Notes under the pieces: generated by a model
What the model was told of the DNA's origin: nothing
The model's database searches: none
The model's input: the letters and a program-made list of their open reading frames with translations, nothing else
Assembly (NCBI GenBank): GCA_052437795.1
Contig: JBQVPA010000008.1
Direction: 5' to 3' (one strand)
From: Flavobacterium sp.
Lineage (GTDB): Bacteria > Bacteroidota > Bacteroidia > Flavobacteriales > Flavobacteriaceae
Length of the DNA: 64,000 nt
Position numbers and translations under genes: made by a program
In this document: in pieces, positions 26,655-37,479 of the stretch
Position numbering within the stretch: the first letter of the stretch is position 1
How the letters are laid out: the number at the start of each line of letters is the position of its first letter

Positions 26655-29600
26655 TCAGTGACCGGGCTTTTTCCTGTAGCTGTAGTAAAATACCTGCGGA
26701 AGTACAGTAAGCGACAGTATCATACAGAATAGCAGTCCGCCAACGATCATGATAGCCAATGGCTTTTGTATCTCTGACCCCATTCCTGTAGATATGGCAG
26801 CCGGCAAAAGTCCTAATGATCCCATGAGCGCTATCATGACGATCGGCCTTATGCGGGTATACACACCCTCGGACACAGCGTCGTTTATGTGCATCTTACT
26901 CTGCAGATTTTCTTTCATCACGGCAATTAATATGATACTATTGATGGTATTGACACCGAACAGGATGATGAAGCCTATCCCTGCTGATATGCCGAACACC
27001 GTACCCGTGAGCCAAAGTGAAAGGAACCCGCCTACAAAGGCATAAGGTATAGTACTTACCGCGATCAGCGTATCTTTCATATTCCCGAAATTAAAGTACA
27101 GCAGGAATAAGATGAAAACCAGTACTACAGGTACTATTATCGCTAATTGCTTCGATGCCCTTTCCTTACTTTCGAACTCACCTGCCCACTTCATGGTATT
27201 TTCCTTTGGCAGCTTTATTTCCGCGGCAACTTTTTTCTGTGCTTCGGCAATGGTGCTGCCAAGGTCCCTGCCTTCAATGCTAAAGCCCACGGCTATGTAC
27301 CTGCTGTTGCCTTCACGGTATATAAATGTGGGGCCTGTCTGGTAGGTTACGGTCGCGATCTCTTTTAGCGGCACTTTCTTTCCGTCCATCGTTGGTATCA
27401 GGATATCTTCGATCTTTTCTTTACTGTCACGGTACTGCTTATCAAAACGTATGCGGATGTCGAACATGCGCTCATCTTCATAAAAGGTCGATGCAGCCTG
27501 CCCGCCAATGGCCATTGCTATTACTGCCTGGGCATCGACGGTGGTAACGGCATAGCGCGCCATTTTAGCATCATGCAGCTGTATGCGCAGTTCGGGCAGC
27601 CCTATGTTCTTATAGATGTTGATGTCTTCAATGCCTTCGACATCTTTGATAGAGCCCGCGACCTGTGCCGCCATGTCTTCGAGCTGGAAAAGGTCATTAC
27701 CGAAGATCTTTATGACCAACGGGCTTTTTACCCCAGCCACATATTCTTCAACATTATCCTGTATGGGCTGGCTAAATCCGAACCCTATACCGGGATATAT
27801 CTCAAGTTCTTTTTTAATGTCGGCTATAAGCCCGTCCTTTCCAATATCGCGCTTCCATTCCGATCCCGGCTTTAGCTCGATATGGAACTCAATGTTGAAG
27901 AAACCTGTGGGATCGGTACCGTCATTTGGCCTGCCGGTCTGGGAAAGCACGAATTTCACTTCGTCAAATTTGCGTATACGGGCTTTCATTTCCTGGGTAA
28001 GCCTTACAGATTCGTCCAGGTTCACACTGTTCGGCAATGTAGCCCTGATGTATATGGCACCCTCATTCAGCTTAGGTATGAACTCAGAGCCGTAGAACAT
28101 AAACCTTACAAAGCATATTGCCATGAGCGCAACAAAACCATATATGGTGATCTTTTTATACTTGCTGCTCCATTTGTAAAGCTTATACAGGTTCTCCCTG
28201 AAAAACCGGGAGATCATGTTCTCTTTTTCAACAATGTCTTTTTTAAGGAGGACCTTACACATTGCGGGTACATAGGTAAGGCTTAATATGAGTGAACCTA
28301 CAAGCGCGTAACCCAGCGTAAAGGCCAGCGGCGAGAACATTTTGCCTTCAACCTTTTGGAAGGAGAATATCGGCAGCAATGCCACAATGAGTATGATCAG
28401 CGCAAAGAATATGTAAGTAGCCACGCTGCCAACGCTCTTTTTGATAATACCCATTTTAGACATGTTGTTGAAGCGTTCCATGCCCACTTTATGCGCCTTT
28501 TTTTCGAGGGAGACGAACACCTGCTCCACAATGACGAGCGTTCCCTCAAGGAGCAGCCCAAAATCCAGCGCTCCCATAGATATAAGGTTCGCGGGCACCC
28601 CCTGTATGCGCAACATTATTATGGCAAATAGGAAGGATAGCGGTATTACTGAGGCAACAATAAACGTTGTACGCCAGTTGTACATAAAAATGAAAACTAT
28701 GAGCGATACCAGGACTACGCCCTCAAGTAGGTTTTTCGTAACCGTCTTTACCGTATTGTCAACAAGTTCGGTGCGGTCTATGAAAGGTACGATCTTTACG
28801 TTCGGGGGCAGTATCCTTTCATTAAGCTCCTCGATGCGTTCGCGCAGGCGGTCGATCACATCGCTTGGGTTCTCACCACGCAGCATGATCACGATACCTT
28901 CAACAAGATCATCATCGCCGTCCAGGCCTACCTGTCCCAACCTTGGCTTGGCCGATATCGATATTTCGGCAACGTGTTTTACCAATATAGGAGTTGAGCC
29001 TTTTGTCTCTATAAGTATGTTGCCAATATCCTCCACTTTATCTATGAGGCCCACACCACGCACAACATACGCCTGGTCGCCACGCTGTATGACGTCGCCG
29101 CCCACATTAATGTTGCTTTTTGATACTGCCTCATACACATCAAGAGGGGAGAGGCCATAGTTTAAAAGCTGTGTAGGGTTTATCTTTATTTCAAATATCT
29201 TTTCCTCCCCGCCAAAGCTGGCTACGTTCGCCACGCCGGGAACCGATACCAGCTCCCGCTCAATGACCCAGTCGTGCAGGGCCGTGATCTCTTTTATAGG
29301 CAGGTCGCTTTTTATCACATACCTGAAAATCTCGCCCGTGGCGCCATAGGGCGGGTCAATGGTCACATCGCTGCCCTCGGGCAGTTCAAGGCCGTTCAGG
29401 CGGTTCGAAGCATACTGCTGCGCGTAAAAGTCATCCACATCCTCGTTGAAAAGCACAGTAACTACCGAGAGCCCGAAGAGCGATATTGAGCGCACTTCGG
29501 ATTTTTTCGGTATGGTGTTCATCTGCTTTGATATGGGCAGGGTTATGAATTTTTCAACTTCTTCGGCACTCCTTCCCGGCCATTGGGTTATTATCCTTGC

Positions 29601-29747
29601 CCGTGTGTTGGTAACGTCAGGAAAAGCTTCAATGGGCGTGTGTATGTAGGCTATTATCCCCCCAATAAGCAGCAGGATGGTCATGAAAAAGACGATCAGC
29701 GAGTTTTTTAGGGAAAAGGCGACAATGTTCTTTACTAATTTTTGCAT
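26655..29747 (-). CDS. CusA/CzcA-family heavy-metal RND efflux permease
   Basis: PIEAFPDVT, MGALDFGLL, KVEGKMFSPLA, RIRPIVMIALMGSLGLLPAAISTGMGSEIQKPLA. Confidence 0.92.
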   Translation of the reverse strand: MQKLVKNIVAFSLKNSLIVFFMTILLLIGGIIAYIHTPIEAFPDVTNTRARIITQWPGRSAEEVEKFITLPISKQMNTIPKKSEVRSISLFGLSVVTVLFNEDVDDFYAQQYASNRLNGLELPEGSDVTIDPPYGATGEIFRYVIKSDLPIKEITALHDWVIERELVSVPGVANVASFGGEEKIFEIKINPTQLLNYGLSPLDVYEAVSKSNINVGGDVIQRGDQAYVVRGVGLIDKVEDIGNILIETKGSTPILVKHVAEISISAKPRLGQVGLDGDDDLVEGIVIMLRGENPSDVIDRLRERIEELNERILPPNVKIVPFIDRTELVDNTVKTVTKNLLEGVVLVSLIVFIFMYNWRTTFIVASVIPLSFLFAIIMLRIQGVPANLISMGALDFGLLLEGTLVIVEQVFVSLEKKAHKVGMERFNNMSKMGIIKKSVGSVATYIFFALIILIVALLPIFSFQKVEGKMFSPLAFTLGYALVGSLILSLTYVPAMCKVLLKKDIVEKENMISRFFRENLYKLYKWSSKYKKITIYGFVALMAICFVRFMFYGSEFIPKLNEGAIYIRATLPNSVNLDESVRLTQEMKARIRKFDEVKFVLSQTGRPNDGTDPTGFFNIEFHIELKPGSEWKRDIGKDGLIADIKKELEIYPGIGFGFSQPIQDNVEEYVAGVKSPLVIKIFGNDLFQLEDMAAQVAGSIKDVEGIEDINIYKNIGLPELRIQLHDAKMARYAVTTVDAQAVIAMAIGGQAASTFYEDERMFDIRIRFDKQYRDSKEKIEDILIPTMDGKKVPLKEIATVTYQTGPTFIYREGNSRYIAVGFSIEGRDLGSTIAEAQKKVAAEIKLPKENTMKWAGEFESKERASKQLAIIVPVVLVFILFLLYFNFGNMKDTLIAVSTIPYAFVGGFLSLWLTGTVFGISAGIGFIILFGVNTINSIILIAVMKENLQSKMHINDAVSEGVYTRIRPIVMIALMGSLGLLPAAISTGMGSEIQKPLAIMIVGGLLFCMILSLTVLPQVFYYSYRKKPGH

Positions 29748-29769
29748 AATGGCAGATTCAAATTTATTC

Positions 29770-30855
29770 TTAGCCTTTCAGCTTTTCAAGTATAAGCAGC
29801 TGGTTTTTGGTGATTATTTTTTCACCTTCTTTCACTTCATTTTCAAAATACGCCCAACGGCTGTTTTTTATGGAGGGATCTATTTCACGCACTTCAATAT
29901 CACAATTGTCCTTATAAACAAGGATGTAATTCTTGTTATCGTCAAATAGTACCGCAGATGCCGGTACAGCAGGCAGTTCCCTGTCGTTCTCGCCTTTGTT
30001 TATAATGATATCCGCAGGCATTCCGGGCTTTAGCTTCAGGTCTTTATTTTCCATTACCACCCTGGCCTTAAGCACGTGCTCATCGGCATCGAACACCTGC
30101 GATAATGTAGTTATCCTGCCCTTAAAAACTTCGTCAGGGTAGGCAGGGAGCACAATGTCGGCAGGCATACCTTCTTTGATATGCGTCATGTTGGTCGTGT
30201 AAATATTCGCCAGGACCCATACCTCTTTAAGGTTGGATATGGTGAAGAGCGGCTCGCTGTTTTGCGATATCTGTGTGCCGGGGCTTATGTTCTTGTCAAC
30301 TACATATCCTTCTGTAGGCGCCTTGATCAGGAAGACTGATCTGTCATTGCTGGCACTGAATAATGAAAGGTTCGCGCTCACATTGGCGATCGAAGCTTTT
30401 AGAACATCTACTTCGCTCTGCGCCTGCAAAAGGTCTTTTTGCGAGGCAATGCCATCGTCAGACAATCCTTTTACCGACTGTAGCTGTCGTTGTGCGACCT
30501 GTAATTGCGACTGTAGTGTTTTGGCCTGCGCTTCAAGGTTGTTCAGCTCGGTACTTCGTATTTCTGCAAGTACCTGCCCTTTTGTTACATGGTCACCCAG
30601 CGAAAAAAAGGTTTTGGTCACAATACCTTCTACCAGGCTGCTGAATTTCACCACATTATCAGCATTGTAGGTAATGTTACCGGTAAGGCTGATATTCTCC
30701 TGTACGCCTTGTTTCTTTACATCTTCGATCTGCATTTTTTGTTTCAGTTTTTCGCTAAGGCAGAAACCTTCCTTTTCCGCAGGGGCAGCCTGCTCTTTTT
30801 TATCACAGCTAATGATCAGTGAGCCTATAATGGCCATACAAATGGTTCTTTTCAT
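29770..30855 (-). CDS. RND periplasmic adaptor (membrane fusion) lipoprotein
   Basis: IIS-C lipobox; GDHVTKGQVLA, IKAPTEGYV, LKPGM. Confidence 0.9.
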   Translation of the reverse strand: MKRTICMAIIGSLIISCDKKEQAAPAEKEGFCLSEKLKQKMQIEDVKKQGVQENISLTGNITYNADNVVKFSSLVEGIVTKTFFSLGDHVTKGQVLAEIRSTELNNLEAQAKTLQSQLQVAQRQLQSVKGLSDDGIASQKDLLQAQSEVDVLKASIANVSANLSLFSASNDRSVFLIKAPTEGYVVDKNISPGTQISQNSEPLFTISNLKEVWVLANIYTTNMTHIKEGMPADIVLPAYPDEVFKGRITTLSQVFDADEHVLKARVVMENKDLKLKPGMPADIIINKGENDRELPAVPASAVLFDDNKNYILVYKDNCDIEVREIDPSIKNSRWAYFENEVKEGEKIITKNQLLILEKLKG

Positions 30856-30883
30856 CTTAATATATTTTACAGATATCTGCAGG

Positions 30884-32203
30884 CTATAGTTCCTGCCCGG
30901 TTATGTATTTCAGCTCTTCATACTGAGCGCTGATGTTTTTTCTTGTATTTAGTATAATGGCCTTGTTCTCAATGTATGCGTTCACATAATCGAGATACAG
31001 TATCAGGCTGGTATCTCTTTGACGGAAGCTTCTGAAATAGCTGTCAAGCAGCTTATCCAGTTCGCCTTCAAGGCCGTTCGAAAATTCACTGTAGAGTTGC
31101 AGTGAAGCCTGCAGGTTGCTGTAAGCCTCGATGACCTCGGCCTGGACCGTTATGGTCTTTTGCTCGACCAGCAGCTCACTTTGTTTTATTGAGGCCCTGG
31201 CTGCTTTGATGTTACCCTGGTTGCGATTAAAGAAGGGCAGATCGATCGCAAAACCAAAGCCCACAAAGTTGTTCATGATATTACCGCCCCGGTCATAGCT
31301 TGCCTGCAGTGTAATATCGGGGGTACGCAAAGCCCTTTCATACTTGTATTTTTCATTGCTGTAAAGGCTGGCAAGCTTTGCGCTTTTCACATCCGGCCTG
31401 TTCTCAAGGGCCTGTTCTATTAGCAGACTAAGCTGTAGGCGCGCGATATCCGCCAGATCAGGTGCAAAGCCGTCATCTGAAAGTTTTATATAGGATGACG
31501 ACGGGAGGCTCATGAGGACCTTAAGCTCTTTTTGCAGCCTGTTGTTCTCTCTGTCAAGCTCACTTAAGTCCCTCAGGAATTGTATCTCTGCCGCTTTTAG
31601 GCGGGTATATTCGGCGCTGGCGGTATTGCCCTGCTGCACCTGTTTCGCATAAGCGGCCGTGAGCACCTGTATTGAAGATACCTGTTTTTTGTAAATTTTT
31701 TGCTGAAGTTGCGTGAGCTGCAGGTCTGTCATTGTATTCCTGAACTCCAGTTTCAGGTTGCGCAGCATTTCAGAAAAATATTCTTTGGCCATATCTGCCG
31801 ATACCTTTTCCATGGAGATCATCTTGCGGCGCTTACCCGCAGTAATAATGATTTGTTCAAGGCTTACTGCTACTTCAGACGTTGTGCCAAAATTGCGCCA
31901 CAGCGGAGGAAGCTTTTCAGCTGTAGCATTAGACCACAGGTTTATTTCACTAACGGTAAGGGTTGGGTTGGGCCACAACTTTGCCTGTACTACCTGTGCC
32001 TCGGCAATGTCCATATCCAGCCGGCCTGCAAGCAGGGCTATATTTTTTTCCAGGAAAAGCGCTTCGGCCTGCTGCCGGTCCAGGGTTATGGTGTCTTTGG
32101 CAACGGTGACCTGTGCTGCACAGGTCCCTGCAGTAAAAAAGAGGATAAAAAGTATATGTTTCAAAGTGACAATATTTAGTGTATGCAAAGCTATTGTGCA
32201 CAC
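30884..32203 (-). CDS. TolC-family outer-membrane efflux protein (exact start uncertain)
   Basis: QAKLWPNP, TAGKRRK, ALENRPDVK, DLPFFNRNQGNIKAA. Confidence 0.88.
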   Translation of the reverse strand: MCTIALHTLNIVTLKHILFILFFTAGTCAAQVTVAKDTITLDRQQAEALFLEKNIALLAGRLDMDIAEAQVVQAKLWPNPTLTVSEINLWSNATAEKLPPLWRNFGTTSEVAVSLEQIIITAGKRRKMISMEKVSADMAKEYFSEMLRNLKLEFRNTMTDLQLTQLQQKIYKKQVSSIQVLTAAYAKQVQQGNTASAEYTRLKAAEIQFLRDLSELDRENNRLQKELKVLMSLPSSSYIKLSDDGFAPDLADIARLQLSLLIEQALENRPDVKSAKLASLYSNEKYKYERALRTPDITLQASYDRGGNIMNNFVGFGFAIDLPFFNRNQGNIKAARASIKQSELLVEQKTITVQAEVIEAYSNLQASLQLYSEFSNGLEGELDKLLDSYFRSFRQRDTSLILYLDYVNAYIENKAIILNTRKNISAQYEELKYITGQEL

Positions 32204-32225
32204 ATTAACTGCCTCTTTAAGCCAT

Positions 32226-32263
32226 GTTAGATAACGCTTAAGGTAAGATTAGAAAACGGTTAG
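32226..32263 (-). promoter_or_regulatory. Four 11-bp-period direct repeats, candidate OmpR-family operator for the RND operon
   Basis: Forward TTAG/TTAA at 32227, 32238, 32249, 32260 (minus CTAACC, CTAATC, TTAAGC, CTAACA). Confidence 0.55.
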
Positions 32264-32266
32264 AGC

Positions 32267-33613
32267 CTAAAATGTAAGCGTAACGGTAGTTCCGACATCC
32301 TGCTTTGATGCGATATCGAACCCAATGTTATTTTGCCGGAAGATGATGATCGCCAATGATAACCCAATACCGCTCCCTTTTACATCGCTTACGTTACTGC
32401 CACGATAAAAGGTTTGTTTAATGAATTTAATATCATCTTCATGAATGCCCCGGCCATTATCTTGTATAGTGATAACCGGCCTGCCTTCCTGCTCTGAAAT
32501 GCGGATATCAACAGGATCGTTGTTTGAATACTTTACCGCATTTTCAATGATGTTGTAAAGAGCTATCTTGATCTCGGCATTATTTCCCTTAAGGATAAAT
32601 ATGCTCTCGTCTTCAACAGTGATGGTAATTTTTATTTTTGGGAGGTCGCCAGTGTGGGTTTCCGCGATCTGGTCGTTAATATCCCATATCAGCTCATCGA
32701 CCCTGTAGTTCTGGAAAGTGTCAGCACTTGTCCTCAGGCCTGAGAGCATCATGAGAGTATTCATTATACCTTCTATCTCGTACACATTTTCCAGCACCTT
32801 TTCGGACATTACTTTGTATTCAGCAGCAGAGCGTTCTCTTTGCGCGAATACTTCAAGATTGCCTGAAATGGCAGCCAATGGTGTTTTGAATTCGTGCGAT
32901 ACGTAGTTTATAAAGTTCTTCTGGATGATAAACGTGTCTGATAGGCGCTTGAGCAGGTTGTTGAAGGTCTCAATCAGTTCGTACAGCTCATCTTTTGCCG
33001 GGGGCAGCGATACAGGTGTGTCAAGCGAATGTGCTTCGATATGACTCACCTGCCTTATAACTTCATTCACCGGCCTGTACGCGAAGTTTGAAAGCAAACG
33101 GCTAAGAATGTAAATTAAGACCAGCCCCGCCAGAAGTACCATTGCCATAATAAGCAATAGCTGGTGTGTCTGCTCTTTAAAATCACGATCGTTAGTTTTT
33201 ACAAAAACTACAAAATCGCCTTGGTTATCGTGGTAAAACAACCCAAAATAAAAATGGTTCTCCGACTTAAAGCTCAATGTGTTTTTCTTCCGGATAATGT
33301 CGAGGCGCTTCGGGTTAATGTTCCTGTCCGCGTCCTTATCACCGAACGCTACAGCATTGTCAGCATCATAGATCCGTATAACTGCTTCCTGGAATTCAGC
33401 AAACTGCTGCTTTACTTCAAAATGCTGCTTTTGGGGCAGTTCATCTTTTTCGAGATAATATATTCCGGCAAGCAGGCAGGTTTTATGCAGCTCCCTGAAT
33501 ATCATCCGTTGTGAATAATTGTAGAATGACAGGTAAATGATAACCGAGGCAATGATGAATACAATGCCGAAAGTAAGGGATGATATTGCGGTAAACCTGT
33601 TGCGTAATTTCAT
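32267..33613 (-). CDS. Membrane sensor histidine kinase (HAMP-HisKA-HATPase)
   Basis: Two TM segments, YVSHEFKTPLAAI, NIIENAVKY, DNGRGI, GSGIGL. Confidence 0.92.
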   Translation of the reverse strand: MKLRNRFTAISSLTFGIVFIIASVIIYLSFYNYSQRMIFRELHKTCLLAGIYYLEKDELPQKQHFEVKQQFAEFQEAVIRIYDADNAVAFGDKDADRNINPKRLDIIRKKNTLSFKSENHFYFGLFYHDNQGDFVVFVKTNDRDFKEQTHQLLLIMAMVLLAGLVLIYILSRLLSNFAYRPVNEVIRQVSHIEAHSLDTPVSLPPAKDELYELIETFNNLLKRLSDTFIIQKNFINYVSHEFKTPLAAISGNLEVFAQRERSAAEYKVMSEKVLENVYEIEGIMNTLMMLSGLRTSADTFQNYRVDELIWDINDQIAETHTGDLPKIKITITVEDESIFILKGNNAEIKIALYNIIENAVKYSNNDPVDIRISEQEGRPVITIQDNGRGIHEDDIKFIKQTFYRGSNVSDVKGSGIGLSLAIIIFRQNNIGFDIASKQDVGTTVTLTF

Positions 33614-33616
33614 GGT

Positions 33617-34291
33617 TTATTCCTTTAGCATGTAACCGGTGCCTTTGACCGTATGGATGTATTTATTAGTATCCGTTTCGAGCTTGTTGCGCAGGTAGGA
33701 GATGTATACATCGACCACATTTGTATTATTATCATAGTTAATGCCCCATACCGCGGCCAGTATCTGCGTCCGGGTAAGGACCGTCCCCTTATTCTCCATT
33801 AAGTACAGAAATAGCTTGTATTCACGGGGAGAGAGGTCTGCAGCTTCGCCGGAACGTGTTACTCTGTGTTCAGCGATATTGATCGCAAGGCTGCCACATG
33901 TATATATTGCCTCTGTTCCAGAAAAATTGAATTTGGTACGCCGCGTAAGGGCATTTATGCGTGATATGAGCTCTTTAAAATGAAATGGCTTCACAAGGTA
34001 ATCATCAGCACCGGAATCGAGCGCGTTTATCTTGTCTTCGGGGTCGCTCAGGGCGCTAAGCATCAGTATGGGCGTATGGTTTTTTTTGTAGCGTATCATT
34101 TGGGTAAGCTGGATGCCATCCAGGCCCGGCAGCATTACATCTATGAGGATCACGTCCCAAGAGTGATCTTTTACAAGCTCCCGGGCGATCTCGCCGGTCT
34201 GGGCAAGGTGTACTGTAAAGTTATTTTCTTCCAGTCCTTTGATCACGAAATCACTTATGCGCTTGTCATCTTCTATAAGGAGAACATTCAT
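33617..34291 (-). CDS. OmpR-family response regulator (CusR-like)
   Basis: LLIEDD, DVMLPGLDG, GADDYLVKPF, LSPREYKL, NVVDVYISYLRNKL. Confidence 0.93.
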   Translation of the reverse strand: MNVLLIEDDKRISDFVIKGLEENNFTVHLAQTGEIARELVKDHSWDVILIDVMLPGLDGIQLTQMIRYKKNHTPILMLSALSDPEDKINALDSGADDYLVKPFHFKELISRINALTRRTKFNFSGTEAIYTCGSLAINIAEHRVTRSGEAADLSPREYKLFLYLMENKGTVLTRTQILAAVWGINYDNNTNVVDVYISYLRNKLETDTNKYIHTVKGTGYMLKE

Positions 34292-34450
34292 AGTAGGTAG
34301 TTGAGATACAAAAATAAGTTTTTCACTCTAACTTGGTCCATGTATTTTTAAAGGACTGATCGTTATTAGAAAAATGCACGTGCAAGTAGCGTTACATTAG
34401 CGCGCATGTCGGCAGCTGCGCGTTCAAATTGCATAGGAAGTACGATTAAT

Positions 34451-34480
34451 AAAAAAACCGGAATCATGAGACTCCGGTTT
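34451..34480 (-). terminator. Intrinsic terminator after the T9SS fragment
   Basis: AAACCGGA...TCCGGTTT stem, followed by T7 on minus. Confidence 0.6.
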
Positions 34481-34507
34481 CTTTCCCGTAATACTAAAAT
34501 GTAAAAA

Positions 34508-35190
34508 CTAAAAAACTATCTTCCTGCTTGCCTTTACTCCACCAACAGTTGTAACCTGCACGATGAGCATCTGCTCCTGTGTATGCAAGGTAGTGACAGA
34601 TGTTTGAGCAGCATTGATGTTGTCTGAAATATACAGCAACCTGCCCCTTGTATCATAAATAGCCACCGACTTCATATCTGTATTTCCGGTGCTGATGTTG
34701 ATGGCAGTATCCTGCTTGTACACAATGATACTGTTGGCATCAAACACCGGGTCATCTGTGCTTAATGGCTCAGCATAGATCACATCGAACCTTCCGGAAA
34801 TGGTGCCTGCATCTGTAATAAATCCATAAGGGCTTTCAAGGTTGTGTACCACATTCAATAGATTATCCCTCAGATAGATCTGCTGGCCCTGTAGGAACAC
34901 ACCATCAAAATGGTCAAGAGAGATGCTGTAGCTGCCTGCTATACTTACCTTGTATTCCATCGGCACCTCATCGACCGGGTCAAATGCCGGCCTGGCCTGG
35001 ATACCGAGCTTCGATCCTCCCCCAAGTGAGTAGATCGCCACGTTGCCATCGGTCAGCGCCTGTCCATCCCACCCGTAATCAAGTCCAAGGTTGGTAGTTG
35101 GGGTATAGGCTATCATCATTTGCCCGAAAGCGCCATCGGCATTGGTAAGGTTCAGCCATAGCCTCGATCTGTCCGGTGTATCCTGTGCCT
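34508..35190 (-). pseudogene. Orphan C-terminal fragment of a T9SS-secreted protein
   Basis: Frame reads DRSRLWLNLTNADGAFGQMMIAY...IYLRDNLL...IYDTRGRLLY...MLIVQVTTVGGVKASRKIVF (T9SS type A CTD-like); no signal peptide or own N-terminus. Confidence 0.7.
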
Positions 35191-36559
35191 GGCATTCCTG
35201 TAAAAGTAAGATAGCGCAAGCAATAAAAGAACGCTACACGGAAGGATAACATACATCCTGTTTGACCTCACCGCAACGTCTGCGTTTTTTTGTAACGCTG
35301 CGTTTACCTTTTTTAGCGAATTACCCTTTTTATCCTGGTACTTTTTTTGGAATCCTCCCTGCATTTCTATGACAGCGGCTTTATCGTCTGCCTTTTCGAG
35401 TGTGTCCATCAATTTTATGGCGGCTTCCATACTCTTGATGGCCAGGGCGCTCTTTCCGGTCATTTTGTAAATAGCTGCTTTGTTCTTTTCATATCGCGTA
35501 AGGTCAATCAGGTTCGCGCTTTTCATAGCAGGATGTTTATCCATCATGGCAATAACTGCCAAAGCTTCGCCTCTTTTTTCAGGACCTTCCAATTCAGATA
35601 TATACCATGCCACTATGGGAAGCAGCCTCGGTGAGTTTATGGAGTAGGCCATTTCAAAAGCCTTTTTATAATATGCTATAGCCTGCGCATCATTAGAAAT
35701 TCCTGATTCGAGCTTGGCTAAGGAAGCATAAGCATTGGCAATTAGTTCAGTATCGTTAGTTGGCTGTAGTCCCGCTATGGCATCAAGAAATGCCTTCCTT
35801 GCCTCTTTATACTTTTTCAGGTTGATGAGGCATTCGCCATAATTAATAAGGGTGAGGTAGTAATTACGCATCCTGCCTATATCTTTAAATCCCTGTAGTA
35901 CCTCTACGTAGAGATCGACAGCAAACGGGTAATTCCCAATATTCATATATGTATTGGCAAGGCTTTGCTTAATGGAGACCAGCGCGCAGGGTTCTTTTGC
36001 TTTTCAAGTATAGCTATCGCTTTTATCAGGTAAGGTATTGCCTCACTGCCTTTCAGCATCATATTGTAATTAGACGCCATCTCACCATATACCGTAGCAA
36101 GCCCTATATTATCGTTGATCGCTATATATTTTTCTTCTGCAACTGAAAGTATGCGCAATGATTCTTCATAATATGCTTTTTTGCGATACGGGGTAGCCAT
36201 ATTACGTAATGCACGTGCCTCATGCGACGGCCAGCCGTTAGCGTATCTGAGAGCCTTTTTATAATAGTAAACGAAGAATCAAGATCGTTTTGTAAGAGGT
36301 GGCAATAGCCATAAAATGTATGTGCCATGGCATATACTGTATCATGGTGGGTGCTCTTGCTGTTTATGATCTGGCGTATAAGTACTTTAGCGCTGTCGGG
36401 CTGTTTGTACAGTACCTTGTCTATAGCCATAATTCGGTCGCGCATATTAGATGGCGGAGTCTGGGCATGCAGCTGCTGAATGAACAGGCATATCAGTATT
36501 GCCCATGCTGCTCTTGATAGGAAAGTTTTTTGGCAAGAGTTGCTCCTAAACATTTTCAA
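35152..36559 (-). pseudogene. Frameshifted, 3'-truncated TPR-repeat membrane sensor
   Basis: Three ORF pieces join into one signal peptide + TPR + TM protein with single-base shifts near 36270 (SF/YYYKKALRY) and near 35985 (GCGCGC run); no output domain after the TM. Confidence 0.75.
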
Positions 36560-36852
36560 TGATTTTGTAGCTTTCTTAATTAAATGTTAAAGATAATAAA
36601 TACCATATATGAATATGTAAAAAATAGAATTCTGATCATTTTATCTGGTTAAGATAAAAAATGCCGCTGGTAAAAACATTTAGTAGATATTTGAATTCTA
36701 TAAAAACAACTAAAATTCTTTTGCTTTCCGACTTCGCACGGGTTTGTTTTTTGCTAATGAGCAATGTTAACAGTGACCGAACACCTGTATTATCAGTATT
36801 GCATCTTTAGTGAACTATAAAATTTAGAATTTTGTATTGTTGGTCATGTAGC

Positions 36853-36887
36853 AAAAAAAAATGCCTTTTGCAACCTGCAAAAGGCAT
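36853..36887 (-). terminator. ssrA intrinsic terminator
   Basis: ATGCCTTTTGCA-N3-TGCAAAAGGCAT 12 bp stem followed by a T run on minus, 3 nt after the tmRNA end. Confidence 0.85.
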
Positions 36888-36890
36888 TCG

Positions 36891-37283
36891 TGGAATCGCC
36901 GGGAATCGAACCCGGGTCCAAACAGGGAAGCAAAGAGCTTTCTACACGCTTAGTTTCCGCTTGGGTTTTCGTTAGTGTGCAAGGCCGGAAACTGCCACAC
37001 GCTACTTAGCTTCTTTAGTCTCGATGTCCACACGAAGCGGAAAGGCATCCAGGTATACATTTACGGTCCTCCTAATCGAAACGCCGCATACCGGGGCTTT
37101 TCAGGAGAATCCCGCCTCCCTGCCTTGCAGGGATGTGGCTTTATCTTACTTTATTCAGATTAAGCAGCAAGAGCGTAGTTATTTTCGCCGTTTAAATGTT
37201 TAAGGCAATGATATACGGGAACAGCCTCATTTCCCGACGTGCTTACTGTCTGTTTCGGCCTGCTGTCAAAACCAGTCGACCCC
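36891..37283 (-). ncRNA. ssrA: tmRNA
   Basis: 5' GGGGTCGACTGGTTTTGACAG, 3' T-arm GGGTTCGATTCCCGG and CGATTCC-A acceptor with G3-U pair, internal tag ORF. Confidence 0.95.
37160..37189 (-). other. tmRNA proteolysis tag reading frame (A)GENNYALAA-stop
   Basis: GGC GAA AAT AAC TAC GCT CTT GCT GCT TAA. Confidence 0.92.
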
Positions 37284-37479
37284 AGTAATCTATAGACTTG
37301 GTATACAAAAGCCGCACCAAGTAATCTAGGGCAAAGATAGGGATTTATTTTTTAATTATTAGTTGCCCACAAGTTCAATTTCTGTTATATTTGGACAAAA
37401 TTTTACCATGTAAGTTATATTTTTATGCTATGCAGGCATAAAATTTGATAACCTAACATAAAATTGCTTAAAATACATA

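Noticed and set aside
36560-36890. Integrase or attachment-site duplication beside ssrA
   Set aside because: Only AT-rich noncoding DNA; no integrase ORF and no second copy of the ssrA 3' end seen in the window
36975-37163. 62-aa plus-strand ORF
   Set aside because: Antisense to the tmRNA
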